A DNA stretch of 64,000 bases from Candidatus Omnitrophota bacterium (GTDB lineage Bacteria; Omnitrophota; Gorgyraeia; Zapsychrales; JANLHA01): NCBI GenBank assembly GCA_023247795.1, contig JAHFFT010000001.1:2868-66867 (forward strand), given 5' to 3'. Under the pieces are notes generated by a model that saw only the letters and a list, made by a program, of their open reading frames with translations, was not told the origin of the DNA and ran no database searches. The position numbers and the translations under genes are program-made. Shown in pieces: positions 25,203-35,075 of the stretch (position 1 is its first letter; each line of letters starts with the position of its first letter).

Positions 25203-26459
25203 TCAAAAATATTCCTGATAAAGTTCTTTAATCCGGCCCATCAAATCCGTCATCTTATTGGTTGAGCCCAACGTCGAAATCAATCGCGCCGCGTTCTGTT
25301 GAACTCCCATCTGTGCCAGACCAACGACCGAGGCATATTTAGCGGCATGATTCAAACGTTTGACGACGCTAGGGACTTTACCGATTTTGACATTCAAATT
25401 GATGGCCTCTTCCAACCGTTCTGCCAATCCAGGAAGAAGCGCTCCTCCGCCGATCATGATAACGCCGGCATTGATGGGTGGATTGAATTCTAAATGTTTG
25501 ATCAACTCATCAAGGGCCTGGATCCATTTGCCAACAACCGTTTCAATGGCCCGCGCAATCATGGCTTTCTTGATCGGAACGTATCCATCATCTCTTCTGA
25601 TCAAGATCTCTTCGTCCAAATTGCTATCGGAACTAACGGCAAAGGCGTACGATCTTTTCAAATCCTCAGCCAAATCAAAAGACAAATTCAACTCTTTGGC
25701 AATATTCACGGTGACATCTTCCCCACCCAAATTCACTTGATCCATAAAGCGCAATTGTCCCTCTTGAAAAACAAGCACTTCGGTCGTGCGGGTCCCAATA
25801 TCCAAAATGATGCAACCCTGGCGTTTATGGTAATCATCGAGAACGATCTGATTCGAAGCGAGCGGTGAATAATAAAAACGGGTTACATCAAACCCCGCTT
25901 CATTAACCGCGCTATTCAAATTCTTAATCAGTGTTGAGTTGGTCACAATCAGCAAGGAATGAAGTTCGATCTTACGGGCAAATAACCCCCGCGGATTCAA
26001 GGTCCTATTGGCGTCGTCCACCTTATATTGCTGCGGGAAATCATGCAACACGTCTTCATCCATGCCGATCCCTAACAGTCGTGCCTGATGCTGAACATGG
26101 ACGATATCGCGATTCCCGACCATTTTTGTTCCCCGGTCCACCAAAGGCACCACTGCGTTTCCCAGCCGCTTTTGCACCAGTTTTCCGCTGAATCCGACGT
26201 TGAGTTCTTTCAATTTGAGCCCGGTTTTATTCGTCAATCCCGCTATGGTGGCATGGATGCTCTCCGACAATTCACTCAAATCCGTGACCGCGCCGTCCTT
26301 AAACCCCGCGGTCTTTGTTTCATAAACACCGATCAGCACCGGACGAACCGGATCTCCGTTCTGAGCAACTGCCGGCACCCGCAGCAGACTGGCTTTGATC
26401 GTTTGGCCGCCCAAATCCAAACCACAATAAATTTTTTCTCCTATCAAACCTTTAAACAT
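25203..26459 (-). CDS. ftsA: Cell division protein FtsA
   Basis: Actin-like ATPase motifs GLDLGGQTIKA, ILDIGTRTTEV and MIGGGALLPGL. Positioned after ftsQ. Confidence 0.9.
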   Translation of the reverse strand: MFKGLIGEKIYCGLDLGGQTIKASLLRVPAVAQNGDPVRPVLIGVYETKTAGFKDGAVTDLSELSESIHATIAGLTNKTGLKLKELNVGFSGKLVQKRLGNAVVPLVDRGTKMVGNRDIVHVQHQARLLGIGMDEDVLHDFPQQYKVDDANRTLNPRGLFARKIELHSLLIVTNSTLIKNLNSAVNEAGFDVTRFYYSPLASNQIVLDDYHKRQGCIILDIGTRTTEVLVFQEGQLRFMDQVNLGGEDVTVNIAKELNLSFDLAEDLKRSYAFAVSSDSNLDEEILIRRDDGYVPIKKAMIARAIETVVGKWIQALDELIKHLEFNPPINAGVIMIGGGALLPGLAERLEEAINLNVKIGKVPSVVKRLNHAAKYASVVGLAQMGVQQNAARLISTLGSTNKMTDLMGRIKELYQEYF

Positions 26460-26505
26460 TTTCTATACCATCCCCGTTAAAATAAGCTTTCCTAAAAATC
26501 CAAAC

Positions 26506-27267
26506 TCAATGCTGGCTTAAGATCGGCTGTTTAAACCGCAGATCGATATAATTGATCTGATTCAAATCAAGGTTGCCCTGACTCAAAACCAAGGCCAGCT
26601 GTTGGAGTTTCGCTTCAACACGATCCCGATCCATAATCACCCTGACTTTATTGTCAAGGATCATCTGGATTTGCGATAAGCTTTCAATCTGAAAAGAAAC
26701 AATCTCAAATTTTTTAAGGTCTTCTTGCTCCCGCATCAACCGCATGATTCGCAAAGCAATTTCGATCTCTTTTGAATTCAGATGCTTACCCAAAACCGGC
26801 TGCTGCTCAAGTTTGACTCCATTGATGGTCGGCAGATCCGGATACCCCTTCGCATCAAAGGCGATCGCGTATCCCTGTTCATCGATCACCATGTCTTTGC
26901 CTCTGCTGGAAAAAACAGCGACCGGATCACGTCTTTTAGCAACGATATAAATTTTATCAGGGAACCGCCGGTAAACCTTAAGATCTTCCACGTTCGGGTA
27001 CTGCGTTTGCAGACGCCGATGGAGCTCCTTAAGATCCACGGAAAAAATATTCTTTCCCTCCAAGTAAGAAATTTGTTTGGGTTCAATGAATTGCAGCGAT
27101 GGCGCCAGCACAACCGCTTTGATTCTAAACATCTTGGCGTCTTTAAACGAGCGGACTGTACTTCGCGTTAGCGCCACGACCAAAAAAGCAAAAACCAAAA
27201 ACAGAATCAAAAACTTTAAAAACTTTGTTCCCAATGGAGCAGGCTTTTTATTTCCGCGTTTCGTCAT
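26506..27267 (-). CDS. ftsQ: Cell division protein FtsQ (POTRA domain)
   Basis: ATG 27267 gives an ATGA overlap with the murC-ddl stop. MTKRGNKKP... then TM FLKFLILFLVFAFLVVAL, followed by a POTRA-like region. The dcw position supports the call. Confidence 0.75.
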   Translation of the reverse strand: MTKRGNKKPAPLGTKFLKFLILFLVFAFLVVALTRSTVRSFKDAKMFRIKAVVLAPSLQFIEPKQISYLEGKNIFSVDLKELHRRLQTQYPNVEDLKVYRRFPDKIYIVAKRRDPVAVFSSRGKDMVIDEQGYAIAFDAKGYPDLPTINGVKLEQQPVLGKHLNSKEIEIALRIMRLMREQEDLKKFEIVSFQIESLSQIQMILDNKVRVIMDRDRVEAKLQQLALVLSQGNLDLNQINYIDLRFKQPILSQH

Positions 27268-29633
27268 AATAGGGCACTTAAATTTTGCAATACTTGCGTC
27301 CTTCTTTTGATGGCCAACCCAAGAATGGTCCAACACAGATCGTCAAAACTCAAACCTGCTTTTTGCGCGGCCATGGGCAAAAGGCTGGTCTCGGTGAAAC
27401 CCGGGATGGTATTGGCCTCCAAAAAATAACTTTGATTCTTTTCATCCAACATAAAGTCCATGCGGGCCAGATCCCTGGCTCCGATCATGGTGTAAATCGC
27501 GAGCGCTATCCTTTGCAGTTCCTGAGCTAATTCTGCCGGTAAATCCGCGGGTACCAGATATTCCGTGAGCCCTTTCTGATATTTGGCCTCGGAATCAAAA
27601 AATTCCCGTTTGGTCCTGATCTCGATCACCGGCAACGGTTCACCGTCGAGGATCCCAACCGTCACTTCCCGTCCCCGGATGTACTGTTCGACGATAACTT
27701 CATCGGCTAAGGCGGCGGCATCCTTCACAGCCTGATCATATTGTTCCGCGGTTCTCACAATGGCCACCCCAAAACTCGACCCTGCACATGCTGGCTTGAC
27801 CACCAACGGAAAAGCCATGCGGCACGCATCCAAAGAGTTCAAATCACGCACTGCGATCCGTTGATAAGCCGCCACGTTGATGTGTTGGCCGCTTACAAAA
27901 TCCTGCATTTTCCCTTTATGAAAAGCCAGCCGGCTTGGCCCTACGCCGGAACCGGTATAGACAAACTTCCCTTCTTCCAAAATCGTCTGCAACTGGCCGT
28001 CCTCGCCAAAATCGCCGTGCAGCGCGTTGAAAACAACATCGACCTCCTTTTCAAAAAGCAGGGATAAAATTGTTTTCCGATCGGTCGAAGTCAAATCAAA
28101 TGCGGAGACCCTGGCACCTTTTCTTTTCAAGGCTTCATAAATCGCTTTGCCTGATTTCAAAGAAACATCCCTTTCCGGAGAAACCCCGCCCATCACGACG
28201 GCAATATGGTCGGTCTGCTTGGAAGGACTGATCAACGACGCGGTCACCTGATCCGGCGATCTTCTTTCCTTAAGCCGCTGCACAAGGATATCTGATATCT
28301 GTGTGATGTCCCCCGCGCCCAGAGTCAGCACCAGATCACCGGGCTGAACGATTTTGAGAATGTGTTCGACAATCTGTTCTTTGCGTAAATAAATCGCTTC
28401 AGAAAAATCCCTGGCTTTCAGCCGGTCACAGATGTCCTGAGCGCTGATCTGATTATTATTTTCTTCACTCGCGGCATAGATATCGGTCACGATCAAGCGG
28501 TCCGTCAACATGAGACTACTGATGAATTCTTCCAACAAAAATTTCGTTCTGGAAAAACGATGCGGTTGAAAAATGGTGATGATCCGCTTTTTATTCAAAC
28601 TGCGCGCCGTCTTCAGCGTCTGTATGATCTCCGTCGGATGATGTCCGTAATCATCCACAACGCTGATGTCATCGACTTCCCCCTTCCATTGGAATCGGCG
28701 TTTGACGCCCTGGTAAATCTGCAGCGACTGCTGCATCATCGAAAAAGACAACTCCAATTCTAACCCGACCGCGATCGCGGCCAGAGAGTTAAGGATGTTA
28801 TGTTCTCCGGGAACGGCTAAGATCACCGGGCCCAACAAGCGGCCCTGCAAATAACAATCATATTGAGAATGGCCTCCACCGTCGGCGAGTTTTTGAATGT
28901 TGCGCGCCTGCAATTCATTATGATCTAAGAAACCATAGGTGAGGAACCGACGTGATGAGCGTTTCACAATACTCTTTAACGTTTCCTGATCTCCCCAGGC
29001 AATGACCTTTCCCTGCGGCTGGGTCTGCTGGATGAACTGTTGATACGCCCCGACGATATGCTGCAGGCTGCGATAATAATCCAGATGTTCCATGTCCAAA
29101 TTGGTGACCACCGAAAGGAAGGGATAAAAGCATAAAAACGTCCCATCACTTTCATCGATCTCAGCGACAAAATGTTTACCGCGGCCAACCCGGGCGTGAT
29201 TTTCGGTTCCGCGGATGATCCCGCCGACCGCCGTTGAAGGATCCAGCCCCGCGTGGATGAGCAGATTGGCAATCATTGCCGTCGTGGTGGTTTTCCCGTG
29301 CGCCCCGGCGATCGTTATCCCAATATATGTTTGCATCAATTCGGCAAGGCATTCCGCTCGTCTTAAAATCCGTAAATCCCTTCGTTTGGCCTCCTGCAAT
29401 TCCGGATTATCAAGGGAGACCGCCGAGGAATAAACAACCACCGGCGCCCCGTCGAGATTAGCGGCAGCATGACCGATGGCGATCCTGGCACCTTGTTCAC
29501 GCAGTTTCCGCACCATTTTATTTTCAGTAGTATCAGAGCCGCTCACCTGACAGCCCTGGCGCAGCATGAGCGAGGCAATCGTGCCGACCCCAATCCCGCC
29601 AATTCCGATGAAATGATATTTTTTCTCCATCAC
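27264..29633 (-). CDS. murC-ddl: Bifunctional UDP-N-acetylmuramate--L-alanine ligase / D-alanine--D-alanine ligase (MurC-Ddl fusion)
   Basis: MurC half: HFIGIGGIGVGTIA, GAHGKTTTTAMIA. From about aa 480 the Ddl half: IAVVMGGVSPERDVSLKSG, an ATP-grasp body, EANTIPGFTETSLLP. A single 789-aa ORF. Confidence 0.9.
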   Translation of the reverse strand: MMEKKYHFIGIGGIGVGTIASLMLRQGCQVSGSDTTENKMVRKLREQGARIAIGHAAANLDGAPVVVYSSAVSLDNPELQEAKRRDLRILRRAECLAELMQTYIGITIAGAHGKTTTTAMIANLLIHAGLDPSTAVGGIIRGTENHARVGRGKHFVAEIDESDGTFLCFYPFLSVVTNLDMEHLDYYRSLQHIVGAYQQFIQQTQPQGKVIAWGDQETLKSIVKRSSRRFLTYGFLDHNELQARNIQKLADGGGHSQYDCYLQGRLLGPVILAVPGEHNILNSLAAIAVGLELELSFSMMQQSLQIYQGVKRRFQWKGEVDDISVVDDYGHHPTEIIQTLKTARSLNKKRIITIFQPHRFSRTKFLLEEFISSLMLTDRLIVTDIYAASEENNNQISAQDICDRLKARDFSEAIYLRKEQIVEHILKIVQPGDLVLTLGAGDITQISDILVQRLKERRSPDQVTASLISPSKQTDHIAVVMGGVSPERDVSLKSGKAIYEALKRKGARVSAFDLTSTDRKTILSLLFEKEVDVVFNALHGDFGEDGQLQTILEEGKFVYTGSGVGPSRLAFHKGKMQDFVSGQHINVAAYQRIAVRDLNSLDACRMAFPLVVKPACAGSSFGVAIVRTAEQYDQAVKDAAALADEVIVEQYIRGREVTVGILDGEPLPVIEIRTKREFFDSEAKYQKGLTEYLVPADLPAELAQELQRIALAIYTMIGARDLARMDFMLDEKNQSYFLEANTIPGFTETSLLPMAAQKAGLSFDDLCWTILGLAIKRRTQVLQNLSALL

Positions 29634-29640
29634 GTTCCTT

Positions 29641-30447
29641 TCATTCTTCTTTCAATAAAAAATCATACCAGGCGGAATTCAAATCGTTAAGCGATTTTAT
29701 TTTTAAATAAACACTGTCCAAAGCCGAATCCATGGTCAGTCCCTCATTCAATTTTTGACAAAAACGAAGAAACCGCGCATTATCCAATTGATTGATGATA
29801 AAAGAAACCGCGCTGGCCGATTCCGCGTAATACAAGTCAACGATCTCTTCATTTGTCGTGTCGTCCAATTTCATCAACGCCAATTGCGATAAAGGAATGA
29901 ATCGATTTTCTCTGATCGCTTGTCTGACTTGGGCCTGCGCCGATGCTCGTCTGGCCTTTTCCTGAAAACACGCCACACCTTCATCCAGCCATAAAGGGAA
30001 ATCGGTGTCCTCGCCGGCAAACTCGCGAAAAATGATATGTCCCAATTCATGCGGTAATATGGTATCAAAAAAACCGCTGTCCTGAGGAAAGGTGGCGATC
30101 ACCTTTTGCCGAATGTCCGCCGCACCGTGCGACCAATGCGTCATGTTGGTCGATTGAACATACTTTTCTTGCGAGTCATAAATATAAATTTTCGCGCGGT
30201 TGTTGTACGACCAGCCTTTGTAACGAGTGAACCCTAAGTCGGCCGTAATGCTCTCATAATATTGTTCGGCGGATTCAGCAACCGTTTTCGCGAAATCTTT
30301 TGGCGTCTTCTGATAATAAACCGAAAAATGATCCGTGCGCTCTTCCTGCCATTGGTCTTCATCAGCCTGAACGCCGATGCTAAAAATTCCAAACAAAAAC
30401 ACACCCAGTAAACAAAAAACGAAATGGCTCAGGCGACTTTTCTTCAT
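29641..30447 (-). CDS. Secreted HExxH (gluzincin-like) metallopeptidase-family protein
   Basis: ATG 30447 forms an ATGA overlap with the murG stop. Signal peptide MKKSRLSHFVFCLLGVFLFGIFSIGVQA. LPHELGHIIFREF...WLDEGVACFQE gives HExxH plus a downstream Glu. Confidence 0.6.
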   Translation of the reverse strand: MKKSRLSHFVFCLLGVFLFGIFSIGVQADEDQWQEERTDHFSVYYQKTPKDFAKTVAESAEQYYESITADLGFTRYKGWSYNNRAKIYIYDSQEKYVQSTNMTHWSHGAADIRQKVIATFPQDSGFFDTILPHELGHIIFREFAGEDTDFPLWLDEGVACFQEKARRASAQAQVRQAIRENRFIPLSQLALMKLDDTTNEEIVDLYYAESASAVSFIINQLDNARFLRFCQKLNEGLTMDSALDSVYLKIKSLNDLNSAWYDFLLKEE

Positions 30448-31517
30448 AAAAATGCAACCGCCGCTTGGGCGATCCTTTGGGCGGCATTCGGAAAAAATAA
30501 TTTCTCCTCCACCTTTTTCCAATCTCCACCACCCACTGGAATTTGCGTGAGAGCTATGACAGCATCGGCCAATGATCTCGCGTTCAACTCCCTTTCTTCC
30601 AATTTTCGAAACATCGGGAATTCAGCCAATTGCCCAGCATTTTCATTTTGATGGCCGTCAGCATGCGGATAAGGAATCATAATGGCCTTTTTTTGCAGGG
30701 TTACAATTTCAGTAATGGTAACCGCGCCTGCGCGACAGATCACCAGATCGGCGCAGGAATAGAGTTTCATGATTTCCTTTGAGAAAGGTTGAACATAGCA
30801 GGGAATCGAGAACGCCTGATACCTCGCCTTGACCCATTCATAATCACTTGGCCCCGTCAAATGGATCACCTGGATCGCTCGCTGATCTTTCACAAGCGAG
30901 ATCGAGTCCAAAAACACTTGATTGACGGTGCGGCTGCCCTGCGATCCCCCAAAAACCAAAATGGTCAAACGCCCGGTCTCAAGCTGAAACCTCTCTTGCA
31001 ATTCCTCACGCGACAAAGTCCGGTCCGGCGTTTGGCACGGGCAACCGGTCAAGACTGTTTTTCCCGTCGGAAAATAAGCCTCACTGGCTTTAAAACTGAT
31101 CGCGACCTTTCTGGCAAAAGGGATTAAACAGCAATTGGCCTTTCCAGGACGAACATTCTGCTCATGCAGCAAAACCGGAATCCCCGAGAAACTCCCCATA
31201 AACACAAAAGGGAACGAAGCATAACTGCCAAATCCGATGATGCGGTCCGCCTTGATGCAGCGCAAAAATTCCTTTGCCTGAAATAATGACCGGATGAGGA
31301 GATATCCGCATCGCCCAAGTCCAAAAAGCGAACGGCCAGACCACCCACTCACCACCGTCTCAAAAACACGAAAATTTTTTTCTTGAATGACCGGCTTGAA
31401 AGCACCGAACTTTCCGGCAAAAATCACTTCGTGTCCCGCCGCTTTCAACTCTTCGGCAACTCGCAGGGCCGGATAAATATGCCCGCCGCTTCCGCCGGTA
31501 GCTAATAGCATTTTCAT
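30444..31517 (-). CDS. murG: Undecaprenyldiphospho-muramoylpentapeptide beta-N-acetylglucosaminyltransferase
   Basis: LATGGSGGHIYPAL G-loop. GGSQGS. dcw position. Confidence 0.9.
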   Translation of the reverse strand: MKMLLATGGSGGHIYPALRVAEELKAAGHEVIFAGKFGAFKPVIQEKNFRVFETVVSGWSGRSLFGLGRCGYLLIRSLFQAKEFLRCIKADRIIGFGSYASFPFVFMGSFSGIPVLLHEQNVRPGKANCCLIPFARKVAISFKASEAYFPTGKTVLTGCPCQTPDRTLSREELQERFQLETGRLTILVFGGSQGSRTVNQVFLDSISLVKDQRAIQVIHLTGPSDYEWVKARYQAFSIPCYVQPFSKEIMKLYSCADLVICRAGAVTITEIVTLQKKAIMIPYPHADGHQNENAGQLAEFPMFRKLEERELNARSLADAVIALTQIPVGGGDWKKVEEKLFFPNAAQRIAQAAVAFL

Positions 31518-31518
31518 T

Positions 31519-32613
31519 TTAAGTTTGCGAATCCTGAACGCGCGAAATGTTCAATAACAAGGCCACCGCCAAAAGATTGACGATCAACGCCGAGCCTCCA
31601 TAACTGATAAAAGGAAGCGGCAGGCCTTTGGTCGGCAAAGCGCCGATACTGACTCCGACATTGACCATGGCCTGAAGACCGATCATAAAAACAATCCCCA
31701 TCGCGAGAAAATAGCCGAAGGGATCCATCGTGTTTTTGACAATCCTGGTCCCTTGCCAAATGAAACAGACAAAAAGGACAATGACCGCGAAGGCCCCCAA
31801 GAACCCCAATTCTTCACCAATGATGGATAAAATGAAATCGGTATGCGCCGCTGGAAGATAAAATAATTTTTGCACACTCTTGCCCAGGCCGACGCCAAAT
31901 ATCCCGCCGGAACCTAAAGCAATCTGCGATTGAATCAACTGAAAACCTGCTCCCTGGCTGTCGCTCCAAGGATCTAAAAAAATCATGATCCGCCGCCATC
32001 GATAAGGCACCATCATGACCAAAAAATAAAACGCCGGGATTACGGCCAAGGCTATGCCAAACAAAATTTCCAGACGCATTCCGGCCGTAAACAATAAAAC
32101 AAAGGCGATACTGGCAATCACCAGAGCACTTCCCAAATCCGGCTGCTTAAGAATCAAAAGACAGGTCACCCCCACAACCAGGCACAAAGGGATCACCCCT
32201 TCCCGCATTTGCTGTATTTGCTGCTGTTTCCTCGCCAAATAATCCGCGGCGTAAAGCAGAATCGCCAATTTAGCAAATTCCGAAGGTTGGATATAAAACG
32301 ACCCGATATGAAACCACCGACGAGCGCCAAAGCTGAGTTTGCCAATACCGGGGATGAGCACAACGACCAAAAGAAAGATCGATAACAACATGAGCGGTTT
32401 GGCCAAATGTCGAAGGTCACGATAATCGAAACCCAATGACAAAAAAGCCAACAACAACCCGACCAACAAAAAAAGCAAATGCCGTTTGAGAAAATAAAGA
32501 TTATCACCAAGTTCATGCATGGCATAGACGCCACTTGAACTGTAGATCATAATCACCCCTAAAAAAATGAGGATCGAAACAATGAAAACAATGGATATTC
32601 GCAGATGACGCAT
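31519..32613 (-). CDS. ftsW: Peptidoglycan glycosyltransferase FtsW (SEDS family)
   Basis: 10-TM SEDS pattern. FQPSEFAK-like IQPSEFAKLAIL. HTDFIL. PTKGLPLPFISYGGS. Confidence 0.9.
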   Translation of the reverse strand: MRHLRISIVFIVSILIFLGVIMIYSSSGVYAMHELGDNLYFLKRHLLFLLVGLLLAFLSLGFDYRDLRHLAKPLMLLSIFLLVVVLIPGIGKLSFGARRWFHIGSFYIQPSEFAKLAILLYAADYLARKQQQIQQMREGVIPLCLVVGVTCLLILKQPDLGSALVIASIAFVLLFTAGMRLEILFGIALAVIPAFYFLVMMVPYRWRRIMIFLDPWSDSQGAGFQLIQSQIALGSGGIFGVGLGKSVQKLFYLPAAHTDFILSIIGEELGFLGAFAVIVLFVCFIWQGTRIVKNTMDPFGYFLAMGIVFMIGLQAMVNVGVSIGALPTKGLPLPFISYGGSALIVNLLAVALLLNISRVQDSQT

Positions 32614-32626
32614 AAAAAGGATTAAC

Positions 32627-33949
32627 TCACTTTGATTTTTTTAAATCCTTCGATGATGCTTCGCATAGTCCACCCTGTTCAAACTTTTCTTTCAACATTT
32701 CAACCAGCTGTTTGAAACGCGAACCGCGCTCCTCAAAATTTTTAAACATGTCATAACTCGCGCACATCGGACTCAACAAAATGCAATCACCGGCCTGCGA
32801 ATTTTGATAGGCGGTCGCCAGCGCGTCCTCAAGCGTTTCACATTCCCGGACCGGAACCAGATGATGAAAACACTGCTTGATCTTTTCTTTCGCCTCGCCG
32901 ATGACGATCATCGTCTTGACTTTTTGCCGCACGATGTCCTGAATGGTTGAAAAATCAATGTTCTTGTCTCTCCCACCACAAATGAGCAAGACCGGGCATG
33001 AGATGTTCGCTAAGGCCCAGGCCGTTGCTTGCGCCGTGGTCGATTTGGAATCGTTGATAAACTCAACCCCTCGCAAAAGACCTAATTTCTCCATACGATG
33101 TTCCACCCCGCGGAATTCCGAAAAAATTTTGCGATAAATGTCTGGAGCAATATTTAAAACCCGACAAACTTGGGCCACCGCCCATTGGTTCTGGTTCAAA
33201 CCACTTTCCTTTCGTTGCTGCTCCTCGCTGTTAAAATAAAAGACCTTCGGGGTCAATCCCTGGATCCGCTGACTTAACGGATCACCCGCATTGATCACCG
33301 CAAAATCGGCTTGGGACTGATTCATAAACATCCGCTGTTTGATTTGAAAATATTCTTCCAAATTCGCGTGACGATCAAGATGATTTTGCGAGACGTTCGT
33401 CAAGACCGCGATCTTGGGACAAAATGCGCTAATCAACTCCAACTGAAAAGAACTGACTTCTAAGACGATAAAATCAATCCCACGAAGATCTAAGACCGCC
33501 TCGGAAAACGGCCAGCCGATGTTGCCGCATAAATGAACATGATAGCCGGCTTCGGTCAGAACCCTCGCCGTCAAATGCGACACGGTTGTTTTACCATTGC
33601 TGCCGGTGATGGCGATGATCGGGACCGGACAAAAGCGGTAAGCGAACTCAATTTCCGACCAAACCGTAACCCCTTTGCCCCTCGCCCACTTGACCGCGTC
33701 ACAGTTGAGATTGATCCCTGGACTCACAATCAAAAAATCGCTCTGCTCGATAAAATCCTTGGTATGGCCGCCGGTTTCTAAACGGATTTTATTTTGCTCA
33801 ATCCACTCGCGGAGAGCCGGAGTCAACTGGTCTTCAACGGCCTTTTCAGAAACCTTGACCTTGGCCCCTTTTGCCAGGCCCAAGGCCGCCGCAGCCTGAC
33901 CACTTTTCCCCGCGCCTAAAACCGTAACGATTTTTCCGGTCAAATCCAT
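32627..33949 (-). CDS. murD: UDP-N-acetylmuramoylalanine--D-glutamate ligase
   Basis: ATG 33949 shares one nt with the mraY stop (TGATG). VLGAGKSGQAAA. ITGSNGKTT P-loop. Confidence 0.9.
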   Translation of the reverse strand: MDLTGKIVTVLGAGKSGQAAAALGLAKGAKVKVSEKAVEDQLTPALREWIEQNKIRLETGGHTKDFIEQSDFLIVSPGINLNCDAVKWARGKGVTVWSEIEFAYRFCPVPIIAITGSNGKTTVSHLTARVLTEAGYHVHLCGNIGWPFSEAVLDLRGIDFIVLEVSSFQLELISAFCPKIAVLTNVSQNHLDRHANLEEYFQIKQRMFMNQSQADFAVINAGDPLSQRIQGLTPKVFYFNSEEQQRKESGLNQNQWAVAQVCRVLNIAPDIYRKIFSEFRGVEHRMEKLGLLRGVEFINDSKSTTAQATAWALANISCPVLLICGGRDKNIDFSTIQDIVRQKVKTMIVIGEAKEKIKQCFHHLVPVRECETLEDALATAYQNSQAGDCILLSPMCASYDMFKNFEERGSRFKQLVEMLKEKFEQGGLCEASSKDLKKSK

Positions 33950-35034
33950 CAACGAATTTTTAAAGTCATCAAGGTTAATAGAGCGAAAATGATCCCCAAG
34001 ATCCAAAATCGAATGATGATCTTTGACTCATGCCAACCACTTAACTGCAGGTGATGATGCAGCGGGGAGACTTTGAAAATCCTTTTCCGTCGGGTACGGA
34101 CCGAAATCACTTGCAAAATGACCGAGAGCGCTTCGATCACAAAGACACCGCCCAAAATCACCATGAGCAATTCTTTCTTGATCAACACCGCGATCACCCC
34201 GATCGTTCCGCCGAGGGCCAAAGATCCGGTATCTCCCATGAATATCGTTGCTGGGTGAGCGTTGAACCACAGGAAACCCAGACTAGCACCAAGGATCGCG
34301 GCACAAAAAATCGTGAGTTCCCCGGCCTCGGCCACATAGGGCAGAAAAAGGTATTCGCTGAAACGGCTGTGTCCGGTGATATAACAGAGTATCGCCAACG
34401 TGGCACTGACAATCAAAACACTGCCAATGGCTAATCCATCCAGCCCGTCGGTCAAATTCACAGCGTTGGAACTGCCGATGACAACCAGTGCGGCAAACGG
34501 TATGTAAAGGACTCCTAAATCGATCAAATGTTTGAAGAACGGCATGTCCAGGCGGCTGGATAAGGAAGGATGAAAATAAACAAAGGCCCCAATAAAACAT
34601 CCTAAAAAAACCTGCCAAAGCATTTTTGTTCTTGGCCGCAATCCCCGATGAGGCTTAAGCCCTTTCAATTTTGTATAATCATCAATCGCCCCTAAAACGC
34701 TCAAGTAAAGACAGGTGAATAGCGTCAACAAAATCAATCGGTTGCTCAAATCGGCCCATAGCAAAACGGAAAGAACAATGCTACCGATGATAAAGACCCC
34801 GCCCATCGTCGGGGTCCCCTCCTTACTGACTTGCAAATGATCCAAAGCCGGACAATCCTCCCGCTTGGCGCGCTCGCGAATTCTAAGGGCGATGAAATAA
34901 CGGGTAAAGATCGGGGCAAAATAAATACAGGACGCGAAAGTTGTCACCGCTGCCATGGCCGCGCGGAACGTGATATATTTGAAAATGTTTAAAAGAGGAA
35001 AAAATTCACGCAATTCCGCCAAAAGATAAAACAT
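33949..35034 (-). CDS. mraY: Phospho-N-acetylmuramoyl-pentapeptide transferase
   Basis: KEGTPTMGG, NAVNLTDGLDGLA, FMGDTGSLALGG and APLHHH-like SPLHHH motifs. Confidence 0.95.
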   Translation of the reverse strand: MFYLLAELREFFPLLNIFKYITFRAAMAAVTTFASCIYFAPIFTRYFIALRIRERAKREDCPALDHLQVSKEGTPTMGGVFIIGSIVLSVLLWADLSNRLILLTLFTCLYLSVLGAIDDYTKLKGLKPHRGLRPRTKMLWQVFLGCFIGAFVYFHPSLSSRLDMPFFKHLIDLGVLYIPFAALVVIGSSNAVNLTDGLDGLAIGSVLIVSATLAILCYITGHSRFSEYLFLPYVAEAGELTIFCAAILGASLGFLWFNAHPATIFMGDTGSLALGGTIGVIAVLIKKELLMVILGGVFVIEALSVILQVISVRTRRKRIFKVSPLHHHLQLSGWHESKIIIRFWILGIIFALLTLMTLKIR

Positions 35035-35075
35035 GTTCGCCCCTTTGTTGCTGTTTGACGCCGCTTGTTATAACG

